Origin: Octopus sinensis
Lineage: Eukaryota
Assembly: GCF_006345805.1 (NCBI RefSeq)
Contig: NW_021823878.1
Coordinates: forward strand, 1-22,174
Length of the DNA stretch: 22,174 bases
Reading direction: 5' to 3'
The notes beneath the pieces are model-generated. The model was not told where the DNA came from. It worked only from the letters and a program-made list of their open reading frames with translations, and searched no databases. Of this stretch, positions 21,901 to 22,174 are shown in pieces; the first letter of the stretch is position 1; each line of letters opens with the position of its first letter. The position numbers and the translations under genes were made by a program.

Positions 21901-22174
21901 TCATATACATATATGTAATTTGTATACCTTCATATACATATATGTAATTTGTATATCTTCATATACATATATATAATTTGTATATATATTCATATACATA
22001 AGTTTTATATATTCATATACAAATATATAATTTGTACATATTCACATACATATATATAATTTGTATATATTTATATACATATATATAATTTGTATATATT
22101 TATATACATATATATAATTTGTATGTATATATATATATGTATATAAATATATACAAATTATATATATAATTATA
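15974..22174. repeat. 29-bp satellite, right arm; runs off the right edge
   Basis: Same monomer and period as the left arm; it resumes in register with the left arm after the LINE. Confidence 0.97.
17650..21400. repeat. Variant satellite domain; consensus TTCATATACATGTGTATAACTTGTACATA
   Basis: Differs from the flanking consensus at monomer positions 12, 14 (A>G) and 20, 26 (T>C). Period is still 29 with interspersed 23-bp deletion monomers. Confidence 0.92.

Noticed and set aside
7871-22174. 29-bp repeats as a CRISPR array
   Set aside because: The monomers are contiguous with no unique spacers, there are no cas genes, and the context is eukaryotic.

Overview
This is a eukaryotic, repeat-dominated window with no recognisable host gene, RNA gene or CRISPR array. 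The repeat families and the TA/CA microsatellite load remind me of octopod cephalopod genomes, but that is recall and unverified. Layout: (1) 1-~2760, a minus-strand Penelope-like retroelement (Neptune-type RT) running off the left edge; (2) ~2930-6600, co-oriented non-autonomous Helitron-like elements in TA tracts, including one apparently complete 1656-bp copy, plus a GC-rich 70-bp tandem of long hairpins; (3) 6600-7870, small repeats; (4) 7871-22174, a 29-bp AT-rich satellite (TTCATATACATATATATAATTTGTATATA) interrupted at 13962-15974 by a 5'-truncated CR1-type LINE with an (AATC)6 tail and a 6-bp target-site duplication. The satellite has readable internal history: higher-order units, a 1.18-kb tandem duplication and a nested, more homogeneous variant core with stepwise flanking gradients. 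I found no convincing new protein-coding system. The best leads are the layered satellite and the 6144-6298 hairpin concatemer. Many 1-bp indels look like long-read consensus errors, so fine details need raw-read confirmation.
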